In this document: positions 48,548-59,893 of the stretch, piece by piece | Position numbering within the stretch: position 1 is the first letter of the stretch | Layout: each line of letters starts with the position of its first letter | Virus record (IMG/VR): IMGVR_UViG_3300032236_001859 | Span: 62,001 to 126,000 of that record | Length of the DNA stretch: 64,000 nt | Reading direction: 5' to 3' (one strand) | The notes under the pieces: generated by a model | What the model saw: the letters and a program-made list of their open reading frames with translations, nothing else | Told to the model about the DNA's origin: nothing | Database searches by the model: none | Translations under genes and position numbers: made by a program

Positions 48548-51500
48548 TCATGCAATGAGATCCCATTCGATCACTGTGGACTCCCAATTCGTATTATCCC
48601 CTGTACCACGTGCAGTGTTATCCGATTTCAAACACAGGTAGTGATCTGTCCCCGCCGCGATCTTTGCAGCCGGAGCAAGTGCCGCGATGGAAGCCCCAGT
48701 GGATACTAGGGACCCATCTGCTTTACGCCCAAACGTCACGAGTCTGCCGCATGCGATCTCAACAATCCCTGTCCAGGCCCCGACGTTGCATTGCCCCTGT
48801 GCATTGGATCCCGTGGCCACAACGGTGCCATCAGATTTAAGGCCTACAGAGTGCTGATACCCCGCTGCGATAGCGGTAACTCCGGTCCAGCCCGAGACGT
48901 TACACTGCCCCGATGAGTTCAACCCAGTGGCGACGACAGTGTTATTTGATTTAAGGCCCAGTGTAAAGAAACCAGTATAACTCGCTGCGATCGATATGAG
49001 TGTTGTCCAGGACCCAATGTTGAGCTGCCCATTACCATTGGACCCCACACCAATAGCGGTGCCGTCTGCTTTACGACCCACTGAGAAATTGGGCCCACTG
49101 GATACCTGAGCAATGGTGGTCCAGCTACTGACATTACATTGCCCCGATGTATTCAACCCCGTGGCAACGACACCTCCCGTGGACAGTCTTCCCAGGGTGG
49201 TCTGCTCGCCACACGCGATCTGGGTGACACCTGTCCAGGCCCCTACATTACATTGACCGACATCATTATTGCCCTTGGCTACAACAGTGCCGTCTGAACG
49301 TAGAGCCACTGTGTTCCTGTAACCACCATCGATATCAATCAGGCTATGCCACCCCGCATTGAACTCGAGCTCGCCATAATAGCTGTACCCACCAAAGGCG
49401 TAGACAAGTGTCCCATCTGATTTGACACCGACGACGTCATAGAGGCCTACTGAAATCGCGACGATACCCGTCCACCCCGAGACGTTTAGCATTCCTCTGC
49501 CATTGTCCCCAACGGCGACAACGGTGCCGTCACCTTTCAAACCAACAGTGCAATACCTCCCACATTTAACAGCTACCATTCCGGTCCAGGTCGAAACATC
49601 GGTTTCACCATAGAATGATGAACCCGTGGCGCGTGCTGTACCATCTGCGAGAATAGCAACTAAGTGGTGGTCCGCGAGATCGAAATCTACGACATCCACA
49701 AACGCTGAGATATCAAGCATCGCACCTGGTTGGTAGTAACTGGAGTCTGCACCAGTAGTTGCCAATAAGGTTCCATTTGATTTCAGGGCGACCACGCACA
49801 TCTGCTTGGCATGAATCTTGGTGATCCCTGAAAACGGAAAAATCGAGATCTGGCCATCAGTGTTGTTACCCACGGCGACAACGGTGCCATCTGGTTTGAG
49901 ACCAATTGTATGCGTGGGTCCACAGGCCACCGCGGAGATCCCGGTCCAGGAAGACACATTGGTTTGCCCATCTGTGTTTTGCCCAGTCGCCAAAACGGTG
50001 CCGTCTGACCTCAAGCCCACGGAGTGGTTTCGACCACAAGCCACGGATACCACATCCGCCCAAGGGATAAAAGCTCGAAGACCAATATCATTCGTGCTCA
50101 CCCCAACAACGGAGCCATCTGCTCGGCGTCCTACGAGGTGGTATGGCCCCGCATGTATCTCAACAATCCCTGTCCAAGAATTAGCGGCGTATAGGGGGTT
50201 GCCTGGATCCGATGGAGTCACCACTACGGTGCCGTCGGCACGCAATCCCGCCGCGAAGTAGTACCCGGCCGCGATGGCCGTTATCCCTGACCACGTGTAC
50301 ACTGCATTATAGACTTCAGAGTACCAGGTGTCTCCTGCGTACCAGACATATCCATCGTAAGTGAGCGCTAGAGAAAAATCTGCTCCTGCGGCTATGGCAA
50401 CAATTCCATAATTCCAATAAAAATTAAGCTGACCCGAGTAGTTATTGCCCACTCCACGTACGGTGCCGTAATAATCTAGTGCTAGGGTGTGGTAAGGCCC
50501 CATGGCGATGGCGTCAATGTTGGACCACGGGTACTGGTACCCATAGTAGTCGTCAAAAAGGTTCAATTGGCCAGAATCATTGTTACCTGCGGTGACCACG
50601 TTGCCGTAGTCACCATATATCCCTATGGTGGATTGCTCAGCACAATAAATCTTTCTGACATCCGCCCATAAAGAGACTTCGCACTGTCCATAGTTATTCA
50701 GACCCGCGGCATGCCCGACCCCGGAAACGATACCGACAACGTGCCCGTTACCGCTTGCGATTGGCCACACACCTGGGCCCCACGTCGGTATCGCAGTGAG
50801 CTGCCCATAGGCATTACTGCCCAGGGTGTGATAATTACCGAGGTCATCTGTCGCGATTACATTCTCATAACCACATGCGATATGAAACTGAGATATCGAA
50901 GTCCACCCTGCGGTGCTAGTTTGTCCATACGAGTTATCCCCTGTACTCACCACGGTTCCGTCTGTTTTAACTCCAAGACTGTGTTGGTCCCCACACGCGA
51001 TATCAGTGATGCCACTCCACCCCGAAACCGTGATCTGATTATTGACATTACTCCCCGCCCCGACGACGGTGCCATCTGATAGCAGCCCCAATGAGTGGGC
51101 ACCACCACCGCTAACCTTGGTTACCCCAGCCCAGGATGAGATATCGATCTGCCCCGATGTATTCAGCCCAGTGGCCACCACGGTATGATCTGCGAGAAGC
51201 CCTAAGGTGTGGTTATAGCCACATGCAACCTGAATAAGTGTCAGCCATGATGTCACCGCGCATTCACCATTTGTGTTGTACCCAGTACCCACCGCGGTGC
51301 CATCTGCCTTGAGACCGATGGTGAACTCAAGCCCGCATGCGAGCTGGGAGATATTTGACCACCCCGTGGTGTTCAGTTGTCCGTTGACATTTCTGCCCTT
51401 GGTGGCCACGGTACCATCATCTTTGACACCAACTGTGCTCTGGTTACCCGCGGCGATCTGATTCACGAGTAACCACCCCGCCAGGTTTCGTTTTCCCTGC

Positions 51501-52864
51501 CCAGAATCCCCTGCACTTACCAGGGTTCCATCGGCACGTAATCCAACTGAAAGCGCGTACCCAGCGGAAACCGCGATGATCTCAGACCACGTGGAAACAT
51601 TACATTCCCCGTAAGCATTGTAGCCCACTGCAATGGCGGTGCCATCTGTCTTCAAACCTAGGACATGGATGCCATTAGAGGATATACCTTTGATTCCTGT
51701 CCACGCCGCACAGCCGGCTTCACCATAATTGTTGTTACCTGCATATAGAACACCGCCGCTGGGGGTCACCGCTGCGGTGTTCTGTTGATTACCGTTCGCT
51801 GAAATCTTGGCGTCATAACTGACGGTTGCTGATGACCGGAACCAGACCTGATCAACGGCGATATCCCACCACATGAACCCAACTGGCTGTGAATCATAAT
51901 TGGAACGAGGGCCATCCAATGAGGTCGCACTGGCCGTGGTGCCCCCACGTGGCCCCACTGGTCCTTGCGCCCCCTGGGGGCCCGTGTGCCCTGCGATTCC
52001 AGGGATACCTTGTTGCCCCGGTGTTGTTCCCGTGGGACCCCGGGTGCCCCGAGGGCCCTGACCACCACGTGGACCCATCGGACCCAGTGGTCCCGTGATT
52101 CCCAGTGGTCCCGTGATTCCCTGGGCACCCATGGCTCCCTGGTCCCCACGAATCCCACGTGGACCCACTGCGCCCTGTGGACCCTGGAGTCCAGTTAGCG
52201 GGGCGACACCCTGGATACCACGTGGGCCTGGTTCGCCGGTTGGGCCAGGGGCACCTGTGGCACCTGAGACGGGTACCCAGTCTGCCAGAGTACGCGTTCT
52301 CGGAGAAACCACGCATCGCAGGAGTTCATTGGTATCCGTGTTTACCCAGCGGTCACCACCATTGTAATCAGCGTTAGTCAGTATCTCGGTGACACCACCG
52401 ATGAACTCCTGAACAGCGACCCCAGTTCCTGCAACACGGTCCAATAAGGGGACTACCCAATCGGAACCAGTCCACTCATAGAACTCGTTGTCATAGGTAT
52501 CGAACCAGGTCTTCCCGACATCCTGTGCAGTCAGGGTTTCCCCAAGAAGCAGTCTTGCAATGGTGTCACCCTCACCGACTTGAAGCTCCGTGATGTGCGC
52601 TGCTAAAACGCTGAGACCACAGTAAGCTCCGACTGGGTGCAAGATAATAGGGGTGCCCATGATTCCACGCGCAGATAACATCAGTGCGTGGTCCGTTTTA
52701 GAACTGTAACGTGCGATCTCGGTGATACCCGGGTTCGATGTCGCGATGACGACGACTCCCTGAGATGGGAACTCCGTGGTATCTGCGAGATGCGCGATGG
52801 TATCCCCGGTGTCGAGCACAGAGGTCAACTTGGTGAGCGCATTGTTGGATACAGGTAGCGGCAT
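48548..52864 (-). CDS. Collagen-stalk fibre with RCC1/BLIP-II beta-propeller repeats (1438 aa)
   Basis: About 28 repeats of W-x-x-I-x-x-I-A-x-G-x-x-H-x-x-G-L-K-x-D-G-T-V-V-A-x-G-x-N-x-x-G-Q. Confidence 0.9.
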   Translation of the reverse strand: MPLPVSNNALTKLTSVLDTGDTIAHLADTTEFPSQGVVVIATSNPGITEIARYSSKTDHALMLSARGIMGTPIILHPVGAYCGLSVLAAHITELQVGEGDTIARLLLGETLTAQDVGKTWFDTYDNEFYEWTGSDWVVPLLDRVAGTGVAVQEFIGGVTEILTNADYNGGDRWVNTDTNELLRCVVSPRTRTLADWVPVSGATGAPGPTGEPGPRGIQGVAPLTGLQGPQGAVGPRGIRGDQGAMGAQGITGPLGITGPLGPMGPRGGQGPRGTRGPTGTTPGQQGIPGIAGHTGPQGAQGPVGPRGGTTASATSLDGPRSNYDSQPVGFMWWDIAVDQVWFRSSATVSYDAKISANGNQQNTAAVTPSGGVLYAGNNNYGEAGCAAWTGIKGISSNGIHVLGLKTDGTAIAVGYNAYGECNVSTWSEIIAVSAGYALSVGLRADGTLVSAGDSGQGKRNLAGWLLVNQIAAGNQSTVGVKDDGTVATKGRNVNGQLNTTGWSNISQLACGLEFTIGLKADGTAVGTGYNTNGECAVTSWLTLIQVACGYNHTLGLLADHTVVATGLNTSGQIDISSWAGVTKVSGGGAHSLGLLSDGTVVGAGSNVNNQITVSGWSGITDIACGDQHSLGVKTDGTVVSTGDNSYGQTSTAGWTSISQFHIACGYENVIATDDLGNYHTLGSNAYGQLTAIPTWGPGVWPIASGNGHVVGIVSGVGHAAGLNNYGQCEVSLWADVRKIYCAEQSTIGIYGDYGNVVTAGNNDSGQLNLFDDYYGYQYPWSNIDAIAMGPYHTLALDYYGTVRGVGNNYSGQLNFYWNYGIVAIAAGADFSLALTYDGYVWYAGDTWYSEVYNAVYTWSGITAIAAGYYFAAGLRADGTVVVTPSDPGNPLYAANSWTGIVEIHAGPYHLVGRRADGSVVGVSTNDIGLRAFIPWADVVSVACGRNHSVGLRSDGTVLATGQNTDGQTNVSSWTGISAVACGPTHTIGLKPDGTVVAVGNNTDGQISIFPFSGITKIHAKQMCVVALKSNGTLLATTGADSSYYQPGAMLDISAFVDVVDFDLADHHLVAILADGTARATGSSFYGETDVSTWTGMVAVKCGRYCTVGLKGDGTVVAVGDNGRGMLNVSGWTGIVAISVGLYDVVGVKSDGTLVYAFGGYSYYGELEFNAGWHSLIDIDGGYRNTVALRSDGTVVAKGNNDVGQCNVGAWTGVTQIACGEQTTLGRLSTGGVVATGLNTSGQCNVSSWTTIAQVSSGPNFSVGRKADGTAIGVGSNGNGQLNIGSWTTLISIAASYTGFFTLGLKSNNTVVATGLNSSGQCNVSGWTGVTAIAAGYQHSVGLKSDGTVVATGSNAQGQCNVGAWTGIVEIACGRLVTFGRKADGSLVSTGASIAALAPAAKIAAGTDHYLCLKSDNTARGTGDNTNWESTVIEWDLIA

Positions 52865-52884
52865 GTTCTATCCAGAGGTGTGAG

Positions 52885-55800
52885 TTAATTCTCGGTGACG
52901 TCTGAACCAAGTAGGGGGTTACCGGGGAGTCCAGCCCCTGGGGTCTTGGTATAAAACTTGCAGTCAGGTAAATGTCTTTCGAGAACCCAAGTAGTTACCT
53001 TACCGCTGATCACAATCACCAATGTAGCAAGGCAGTCGTTGGTGGCATCAAATGTTAGACTAGCGCGAAGAACCTTCCCACCACCTGCTAATCCCTCACA
53101 AGTGAGATCAAAAGATCCTGCTTCCAGTGTCCACTTCCTGGGATCTGCGGTCTGTATCAACCTCAGATTGAGTCCACAGTCCCCTATAGAAGGGATGTTT
53201 GTGATCGTGAATCCAAAGTTGATTTCCGTACCCGGCATATCGCACCCACACTGCTCATACGGCGTACTGGACCCACTGGAGTGATGCGATGAACCACTGG
53301 AATGATGTGATGATCCGCTGGAGTGATGTGAACCACTGGAGTGATGCGACGACCCACTGGGGAGGTGCGAACCGCTGGAGTGATGGGAACTCGCATGACT
53401 CGACCCATGCCCAGACGACTTGCCAGACGGTGGTGGTTTCCCACTGGATCCCATGTGACTCGACGTGTGGCCAGACTTGTGCCCAGACGATCTGCCAGAT
53501 GGCTGATGTTGCCCACTGGAGGTATGGCTGTGCGGCTGACTATGTGGATGGCTGTAGGGGTGGCTACCACAGCATCGGAGGTAGTCGAACCCTGGAGGTG
53601 GATTTGTGTTGGGGTCCGGTGGCATCCCGGCCGCAGGTGACACCTCGCGCATCGTGAAGAGGTCACAGTCAAACTGAGTGCAGGGATCCACTACCACTGA
53701 CTTGATGTAAACGAAACGACATGGATCCGGGTCGAGAACTGGATAGAAGACTATATCGTTGACATGAACACCTTCCCCGCCGCTGTGGTCGCAGACCACG
53801 CAGGTACCAACACAACGTATTCTACCACCGGTGTCGTTGAACACCGCTGTCCCCACAACCTGGATTTCAGCACCGGGGTACCACCCATCGGGGACATCCC
53901 TAAATGGACCGGCCCATACCACTCTATCCGTGAGATCCCATGCCATGGTGTCACAGTTGAACGTGAACTCGCTGATTACGAGCTCCTTCATGAGCTCGCA
54001 GTTGCATTCACATGGATGGCTGTAGGGGTGACTGTATGGGTGACTGTGCTTCCCGCTGGAGTGGTGTGACGACCCCGAGTGCTTGGCGGAGTGATGTGAT
54101 GACCCCGAGTGTCTCCCACTGGAATGATGCGATGACCCCGAGTGATGTGCGGACCCCGAATGATGCGAAGACCCTGAGTGCTTGGCAGAGTGATGCGATG
54201 AACCCGAATGATGTGATGAGCCCGAGTGTTTCCCACTGGAATGATGCGATGAACCCGAGTGGTGTGACGAACCCGAGTGGTGTGACGAACCCGAATGATG
54301 TGACGAACCCGAATGATGTGACGAACCCGAATGATGCGATGATCCCGAATGATGCGATGATCCCGAATGATGCGATGATCCCGAATGATGTGACGAGCCC
54401 GAATGATGCGATGACCCCGAATGATGCGATGACCCCGAATGATGCGATGACCCCGAGTGGTGTGACGACCCCGAATGGTGTGACGACCCCGAATGGTGGG
54501 ATGACCCACTGGAACCACTGGAACCACTGGAACCACTGGAACCACTGGAACCACTGGAACCACTGGAACCACTGGAACCACTGCTGCCGCTGGACCCACT
54601 GGACCCACTGCTACCATTGGACCCACTGGACCCACTGCTACCATTGGACCCACTGCTACCACTGGACCCACTGGAACCACCACCACTGCTGGCTCCACTT
54701 TGTGTGGGGCACTCGGTGACTTCACAATCACATGCTGGTCTGGGATCGCATTGTTTAAGAACCCCGATGCACTTGAACCCAGTAGCAACGCAGGCCTTGA
54801 TGACATCCGGGCACCAACCCACCCCACCAACATCGAGCGCATTCGTCGAACACAGCACTGTATCCATCGTGGAGGTGCAATAGTTTTGTGCAATGATTCC
54901 TGCCGGAGAAATCACGTCACCGCCATCTTTGGGATCCCCTCTACCGAGAACCCCATCACAAACACAGTTACTTACACAGTGTTGATGAGGTTGGCATGCC
55001 GGTTTACCCTGGGAATCACCGAAATCGCCCTGGGGGCCGCGCGGACCCGTGGGACCATCTGGCCCAACGGGGACTTCAGCATCGGGTCCTGCGGGGCCCT
55101 GCGGACCCCTTTCACCTTGAGGACCATCTAACCCGGGGACTCCATCGTATCCCCGTGGTCCCGCTGGACCCTGTACGGTTCCCGCGGGGCCCTGCGGACC
55201 CTGGGGCCCGATATCTCCGGCTTCTCCCTTTAGCCCAGGGATGCCTTGCGGACCCGTGCTACCATCTGGGGGGCCGTCGTAATCACTGCCACGTGGACCA
55301 ATGGGTCCCGTGTGACCACGTGGTCCAGTAACAGATATTCCAGTTAAACCTTTATCACCGGGTTCACCCTGATCACCAGTGGCACCCTGGGGTCCCACTG
55401 GACCCGGGTCGCCTCGAGGCCCCTTGATCACGGCTCCCATGGGTCCGCGGTCACCCCGGGGCCCCTGTGGACCCGGGAGTCCCTGTGGACCCTGTGGCCC
55501 CTGGATGCCGGGGTTGCCTGGTAGCCCGTCTACACCAGGGGCGCCTTGTTGACCCTTGATGCCCTGGGGACCCTGTGGCCCTGGAGTAGTCTGCGCTGGC
55601 CCCTTGGGCCCCATGTAGCCCTGGGGTCCAGTGGGGCCGATCCCAGTGCTCCCCTGTGGACCCGTCGGACCCTGGGGGCCTGGATCTCCTGGGGGACCCA
55701 CTGGCCCCTCGACTCCGGTGTTTCCAGCGATGCCCTGAGTGCCTTGAGGCCCCACGGCACCATCGACACCACGTGGTCCCGTGTACCCCCGTGGACCCTG

Positions 55801-56787
55801 GGCACCCTGGATCCCTTGGATTCCACGGTCGCCTTGACGTGCGGTGAATCCTGATCCCGTGGCACCCTGGGGACCAGTGATACCTTGGGTACCCCGGGTT
55901 CCCGTGGCACCACGTACACCTGGGATGCCTTGCGGTCCCGTTAAACCCTGGGATCCATCGGGGCCCTGATAGCCCTGTGGACCACTGGGTCCACGCGGAC
56001 CACTGGGACCCAATGCAGTTGGTGTGGCGCCAATTGGACCCTGGACACCAGTGGGTCCAATGTCACCCGTTGGTCCACGGGGTCCTCTGGGACCCGTGGC
56101 CCCTGGGGTCCCCGGACCCTGGTCTCCTCGTGGACCCGTGGGGCCCAGAGGACCCCGTGGACCCGTGGCCCCCACAAGAATAGGCGACCAATCGGAGAGC
56201 TGGCCGGAAGGTGTGTGATCGCAGATGTATAACAAGTTGGTGTCGGTATCTAACCAGCGATCACCAAATGAATATGGAAGGACTACGATGTCCTCTGCAG
56301 GCGCAATGAAATCCTTGATACCGCGACTTGGTCCGGTGAGGCCGCCCCCATGGGTGAGTACGGCCGCATTGAACTTGAAGCCATCCCATCGCGTGAAGAC
56401 ATCGCCAGGAGTATCCAAGTAGATGTAACCACGCTCACGTAAACTCAGGGTCAGCGCGGCGCGCTGCTCTGGGGTCATCTCGTGAATCCGGAGTTCCTGG
56501 ATGTGCTCTGCGGTGATCGTGGACCATATCTTGGTACCAGTATCCCATGCCTTGGGAGTTGTACCCCCGAACCCACGACCATTAAGGGGGAGCAGTTCAA
56601 CGAAGAGGAGTCCCGCGCCAACATTCTTGTTTGATAGCCGGATGAGCTCAACACCAGTGGATCGAGACCCCAGAGCAACAATGATCGGGGTCTCGATCTT
56701 GGAGGCATCGCTGACTTCAATCACTGTACCCGAGACCCCAAGTGGGGCCGTAAGGGTAACAACGGCATTGTTCTGAATCGGTAGCAC
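52885..56787 (-). CDS. Collagen-like fibre with GSS and SGSSHH repeats and Cys-rich domains (1300 aa)
   Basis: Base domain, GXY runs, then (GSS)n and (SGSSHH)n. Confidence 0.85.
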   Translation of the reverse strand: MLPIQNNAVVTLTAPLGVSGTVIEVSDASKIETPIIVALGSRSTGVELIRLSNKNVGAGLLFVELLPLNGRGFGGTTPKAWDTGTKIWSTITAEHIQELRIHEMTPEQRAALTLSLRERGYIYLDTPGDVFTRWDGFKFNAAVLTHGGGLTGPSRGIKDFIAPAEDIVVLPYSFGDRWLDTDTNLLYICDHTPSGQLSDWSPILVGATGPRGPLGPTGPRGDQGPGTPGATGPRGPRGPTGDIGPTGVQGPIGATPTALGPSGPRGPSGPQGYQGPDGSQGLTGPQGIPGVRGATGTRGTQGITGPQGATGSGFTARQGDRGIQGIQGAQGPRGYTGPRGVDGAVGPQGTQGIAGNTGVEGPVGPPGDPGPQGPTGPQGSTGIGPTGPQGYMGPKGPAQTTPGPQGPQGIKGQQGAPGVDGLPGNPGIQGPQGPQGLPGPQGPRGDRGPMGAVIKGPRGDPGPVGPQGATGDQGEPGDKGLTGISVTGPRGHTGPIGPRGSDYDGPPDGSTGPQGIPGLKGEAGDIGPQGPQGPAGTVQGPAGPRGYDGVPGLDGPQGERGPQGPAGPDAEVPVGPDGPTGPRGPQGDFGDSQGKPACQPHQHCVSNCVCDGVLGRGDPKDGGDVISPAGIIAQNYCTSTMDTVLCSTNALDVGGVGWCPDVIKACVATGFKCIGVLKQCDPRPACDCEVTECPTQSGASSGGGSSGSSGSSGSNGSSGSSGSNGSSGSSGSSGSSGSSGSSGSSGSSGSSGSSGSSGSSGSSHHSGSSHHSGSSHHSGSSHHSGSSHHSGSSHHSGSSHHSGSSHHSGSSHHSGSSHHSGSSHHSGSSHHSGSSHHSGSSHHSGSSHHSSGKHSGSSHHSGSSHHSAKHSGSSHHSGSAHHSGSSHHSSGRHSGSSHHSAKHSGSSHHSSGKHSHPYSHPYSHPCECNCELMKELVISEFTFNCDTMAWDLTDRVVWAGPFRDVPDGWYPGAEIQVVGTAVFNDTGGRIRCVGTCVVCDHSGGEGVHVNDIVFYPVLDPDPCRFVYIKSVVVDPCTQFDCDLFTMREVSPAAGMPPDPNTNPPPGFDYLRCCGSHPYSHPHSQPHSHTSSGQHQPSGRSSGHKSGHTSSHMGSSGKPPPSGKSSGHGSSHASSHHSSGSHLPSGSSHHSSGSHHSSGSSHHSSGSSHHSSGSSTPYEQCGCDMPGTEINFGFTITNIPSIGDCGLNLRLIQTADPRKWTLEAGSFDLTCEGLAGGGKVLRASLTFDATNDCLATLVIVISGKVTTWVLERHLPDCKFYTKTPGAGLPGNPLLGSDVTEN
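54012..54690 (-). repeat. Coding tandem repeats: 18-bp (SGSSHH) and 9-bp (GSS)
   Basis: Units such as GAATGATGCGATGACCCC and CCACTGGAA, read directly. Confidence 0.9.
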
Positions 56788-56798
56788 AGGTGCCCCTA

Positions 56799-57119
56799 CT
56801 AGATCATGGTTGCCACGAGAATCTTGGTTTTCCTGACATCGTCGACATACCCACGCATCACGATTTTATTGCGGTAGGTATCCCCAGTGGCAATAACGCG
56901 GAACCGGATTATGGCTTGCGTGAACCCAATAATGGGGTCGACAACATTGGCCAGGGAGAACACGAAGAGCCCGGGGTCAAGTGGGCACTCCACGGCCTGA
57001 TTGTCGGAGACCGCGACTTCTGTCATGGTCTCCAGATTGATGATCAGGACCTCCACGGGTCCTAGACCCGTGGGGAGTTCTGCGGCAACAATGGGTGTTT
57101 CACGATCAGAGTAGCGCAT
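56799..57119 (-). CDS. Hypothetical virion-associated protein (106 aa)
   Basis: Fills the gap in the operon; [10 protein letters not shown] resembles NKLVFGGGED of 61609-62604. Confidence 0.7.
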   Translation of the reverse strand: MRYSDRETPIVAAELPTGLGPVEVLIINLETMTEVAVSDNQAVECPLDPGLFVFSLANVVDPIIGFTQAIIRFRVIATGDTYRNKIVMRGYVDDVRKTKILVATMI

Positions 57120-57122
57120 GGT

Positions 57123-59834
57123 TTAATCCCATTCGAGGCGACGGGCGCCCATGGTTGTTGAACCGCCACCGTTGACGTTGACCACGAAGGCAAGACGAGA
57201 AGTCGCGTGGCCAGGAGCGTTACCACCAGGGGCGTTGTCCTCGTCGACCACGGTAAGTGCAACTACGGCGTTGCGGCCATTATCGGCCTGTGGATAGGTG
57301 TGCGAGAAGCTGGGACCAGTTCCCGTGTTATCCTGTCTTGCCAGGTTCCACCACGTCGGGAACGCGGGGTCATTGACACCCAGAGGAGGCAACGCGGTCA
57401 TCGATGACCTGAGCTCCCAGGCATAGGAGGCAATGGCAGCAGGGGTACCCCCGGATTCAATTTCGTAGTCGTTGGCGGTACGGAAGTGTTGAACCCCGGC
57501 ACCATAGGTGATGTTCGCACCAATCACTGAGGTATCCAGCCAAACCTTGGTGGGGTTCGTGGTATCGATGTCCACGATGGGGATGACTTTGGTGATCGCC
57601 CCGGCGAGATCGGTGAGGACGAGAACAGCGTGTCCACCAGTGCGGAGCCCACCATTGATGAGATTGGGATCCGTGAATGCAATTGAGGGATGCCCGGCGA
57701 GAATGGTGCCCGCGGAGGCCAGAACGGGGTCGACACCCAGGGGGTCACCTTGGATCCAGGAGACATCAGTACCATAGGAGCGACGCCCATCGAAGACGTA
57801 AGTTTTAGCACTACCCGGAACCGATGCTGGTGAGGGGATAATCGCAGCGGGGTTCAGGTTGTCCACTGCTCCGGTTTGAGTGTAGACCACAGGGGTGGCT
57901 CCAAAGAGTTTCCAGGGCATCCCGATGGTATCTGACCACCCCGATGTCGACTTCACAGTGGCACGGACATCAAGGGCGTCGTTGACGCTCTGTGGCCATT
58001 TCAGTGGCTTCGAGGGGAACCCAATTGCGATGGTATCTGTGGGTTGCACGAGCCCTGGCAGGGGAGAGCCCACGACTAAAACGATTTGATCGTCACTGGG
58101 CACACTTGCGATGGGGTACCAGCCGCGCATGCCACCGTTGACGACAACGAAGAAAGACCCCGGCCAGGCATGAAGACCAATACCGGGTGAATTGATGGTT
58201 ACCCCGGGGCCCACGGCGCTTCCGCCGAGCTGGGCGTATCCAAGCCCCACACTTTCCCATCCGAATCCGCCGGCATTGATCTCCCACTCCCAGCTCGTGT
58301 GGTTACCACCACCGGGTTCATTGGAGATGAAGAACCAGTCAGATGACGTGTAGACCTGGGTGGAACCCGTGACCGCGATGACGATGGAATCCACGGATGC
58401 CGAGGCCACGATTGGATAACTGTGGAGAATTGGAGCGGCGACACCGCCACCTGCGGGGGTCTGGGTAACAATGTTGAGGAACCCACGGATCTCCCCAGCG
58501 GCGAGATCACCGGCTTGGATGCCTCGCCCAATGTTGGTGACGTTAATAGTGAGGTTGCCACCAATGGCAGTGCTGAGATCAATGGTGCCCGTGAATCTCG
58601 AATAGATCTGCCCAGCAGACCAGGGGTCATTGCGAACCGCGACGCGCCCGGTGCCATTGAGGGCGACCACAGAACCCGCGGGGGCGTCCTGGTATCGTGC
58701 GGCGACAACGATGGTGTTGTCTGCACCGGCGAGCACTGGGCTCACCCTGGCGACGTCACGGATCGTATTTGGGGCCGACGATGAAAACACTGGGGATCCC
58801 GAACTCGCGACGAGGTCATTCCAGGATGCCCACTCGCGTGCGGCAAAACTGAATCCAGGTGCACGGTAGGTGGTTCGCAGATAGAACGTCGCCGTTGCAG
58901 TACGTGCCGGGTTGAGCTCCCCGGGAGCCCCGATACCAGCGTCATCCTTGGAGGTCAACTGAACCGGCCACTTATCGATGTGGTTCCAGGTATGGGTTTG
59001 ACTTGGAAACCCAGGGCCAGGGTAAACGACTTCGGTGCCGCCGACCACGGTACCACTGGGTCCGGCGACCAGGGTTCCAAAGGAGTTGCCATAGAGGGAA
59101 CCATTGGAGAAAGCGAAGCGGGTGCCGTCCACTGGGGAGCCATCTGAGGTCTGGACGCCACCACTGGGACGATGAGCACCCGAGATCTGCTCGAAGAGGA
59201 CCTGGGCGAACTCGGAGTAGAACTGCCCTGTGGTGCGGCCGCCTGCGGTGACCCGGTTCTCGTTATCACTGGAACCATTGCCGAGGATCCTGGCAACGGC
59301 ACGTGAGATATCCGTGGGATTCACGGGATCCAAGCTGACCCCGGTGATAATCGCACTGGGGCCCTGATTGAGCTGGAGGTCAATGTTGCCATTGATATCG
59401 CCGACTCCACCGCCATCTGGGGTCGCATTCCAGGCATCCCCGGTCAACGTGAAGAGAACACTGGCGAATTGGTCTGCGGTGGCATAGTTGGCGACTGCAG
59501 AGGCCCCATTGTCATACTTGAGCCCGAGGAGGTGGTCACCCCCGCTACCATCTGTCGGAGACTGGTTTTCATACGCGGAACCCGGGGGATCCACGGGGGT
59601 GACATCACTCTTGCGCCAAAACAAGACCACGAGTTTGTCACCGTTCTGGCAAACCCAGTTGGTGCCCATAAAGTTGTCTTCACTGATCGCAACCTGGTAG
59701 ATACCAGCGTTATCAGTTAAACGAACCACACGTCGCCAACGTGTTACATTTCCTGGACGCGAATAAATCGCGGTGTAATAAACCCCAGGAGTATTGACCC
59801 CTGCAACCTTGACGAAACCTTGGGCGGTGGCCAT
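57123..59834 (-). CDS. Large beta-rich virion protein with PKD-like domain (903 aa)
   Basis: FDGRRSY...IASYAW...FSHTY...LTVVDED; SD AGGAG. Confidence 0.7.
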   Translation of the reverse strand: MATAQGFVKVAGVNTPGVYYTAIYSRPGNVTRWRRVVRLTDNAGIYQVAISEDNFMGTNWVCQNGDKLVVLFWRKSDVTPVDPPGSAYENQSPTDGSGGDHLLGLKYDNGASAVANYATADQFASVLFTLTGDAWNATPDGGGVGDINGNIDLQLNQGPSAIITGVSLDPVNPTDISRAVARILGNGSSDNENRVTAGGRTTGQFYSEFAQVLFEQISGAHRPSGGVQTSDGSPVDGTRFAFSNGSLYGNSFGTLVAGPSGTVVGGTEVVYPGPGFPSQTHTWNHIDKWPVQLTSKDDAGIGAPGELNPARTATATFYLRTTYRAPGFSFAAREWASWNDLVASSGSPVFSSSAPNTIRDVARVSPVLAGADNTIVVAARYQDAPAGSVVALNGTGRVAVRNDPWSAGQIYSRFTGTIDLSTAIGGNLTINVTNIGRGIQAGDLAAGEIRGFLNIVTQTPAGGGVAAPILHSYPIVASASVDSIVIAVTGSTQVYTSSDWFFISNEPGGGNHTSWEWEINAGGFGWESVGLGYAQLGGSAVGPGVTINSPGIGLHAWPGSFFVVVNGGMRGWYPIASVPSDDQIVLVVGSPLPGLVQPTDTIAIGFPSKPLKWPQSVNDALDVRATVKSTSGWSDTIGMPWKLFGATPVVYTQTGAVDNLNPAAIIPSPASVPGSAKTYVFDGRRSYGTDVSWIQGDPLGVDPVLASAGTILAGHPSIAFTDPNLINGGLRTGGHAVLVLTDLAGAITKVIPIVDIDTTNPTKVWLDTSVIGANITYGAGVQHFRTANDYEIESGGTPAAIASYAWELRSSMTALPPLGVNDPAFPTWWNLARQDNTGTGPSFSHTYPQADNGRNAVVALTVVDEDNAPGGNAPGHATSRLAFVVNVNGGGSTTMGARRLEWD

Positions 59835-59893
59835 TCGTGATCTCCTGTAGTCTTGATACTAAGTCAGTGTTGCCCGGGGAGAAGCCTGTGCTC

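Noticed and set aside
50250-50720. DGR variable region in the Tyr-rich RCC1 block
   Set aside because: No template repeat or reverse transcriptase is present in the window.
53988-54893. Alternative-frame repeat ORFs (HRIIRG)n and (PNDAMT)n/(HWN)n
   Set aside because: By-products of the 18-bp and 9-bp repeats; variation is synonymous only in the SGSSHH frame.
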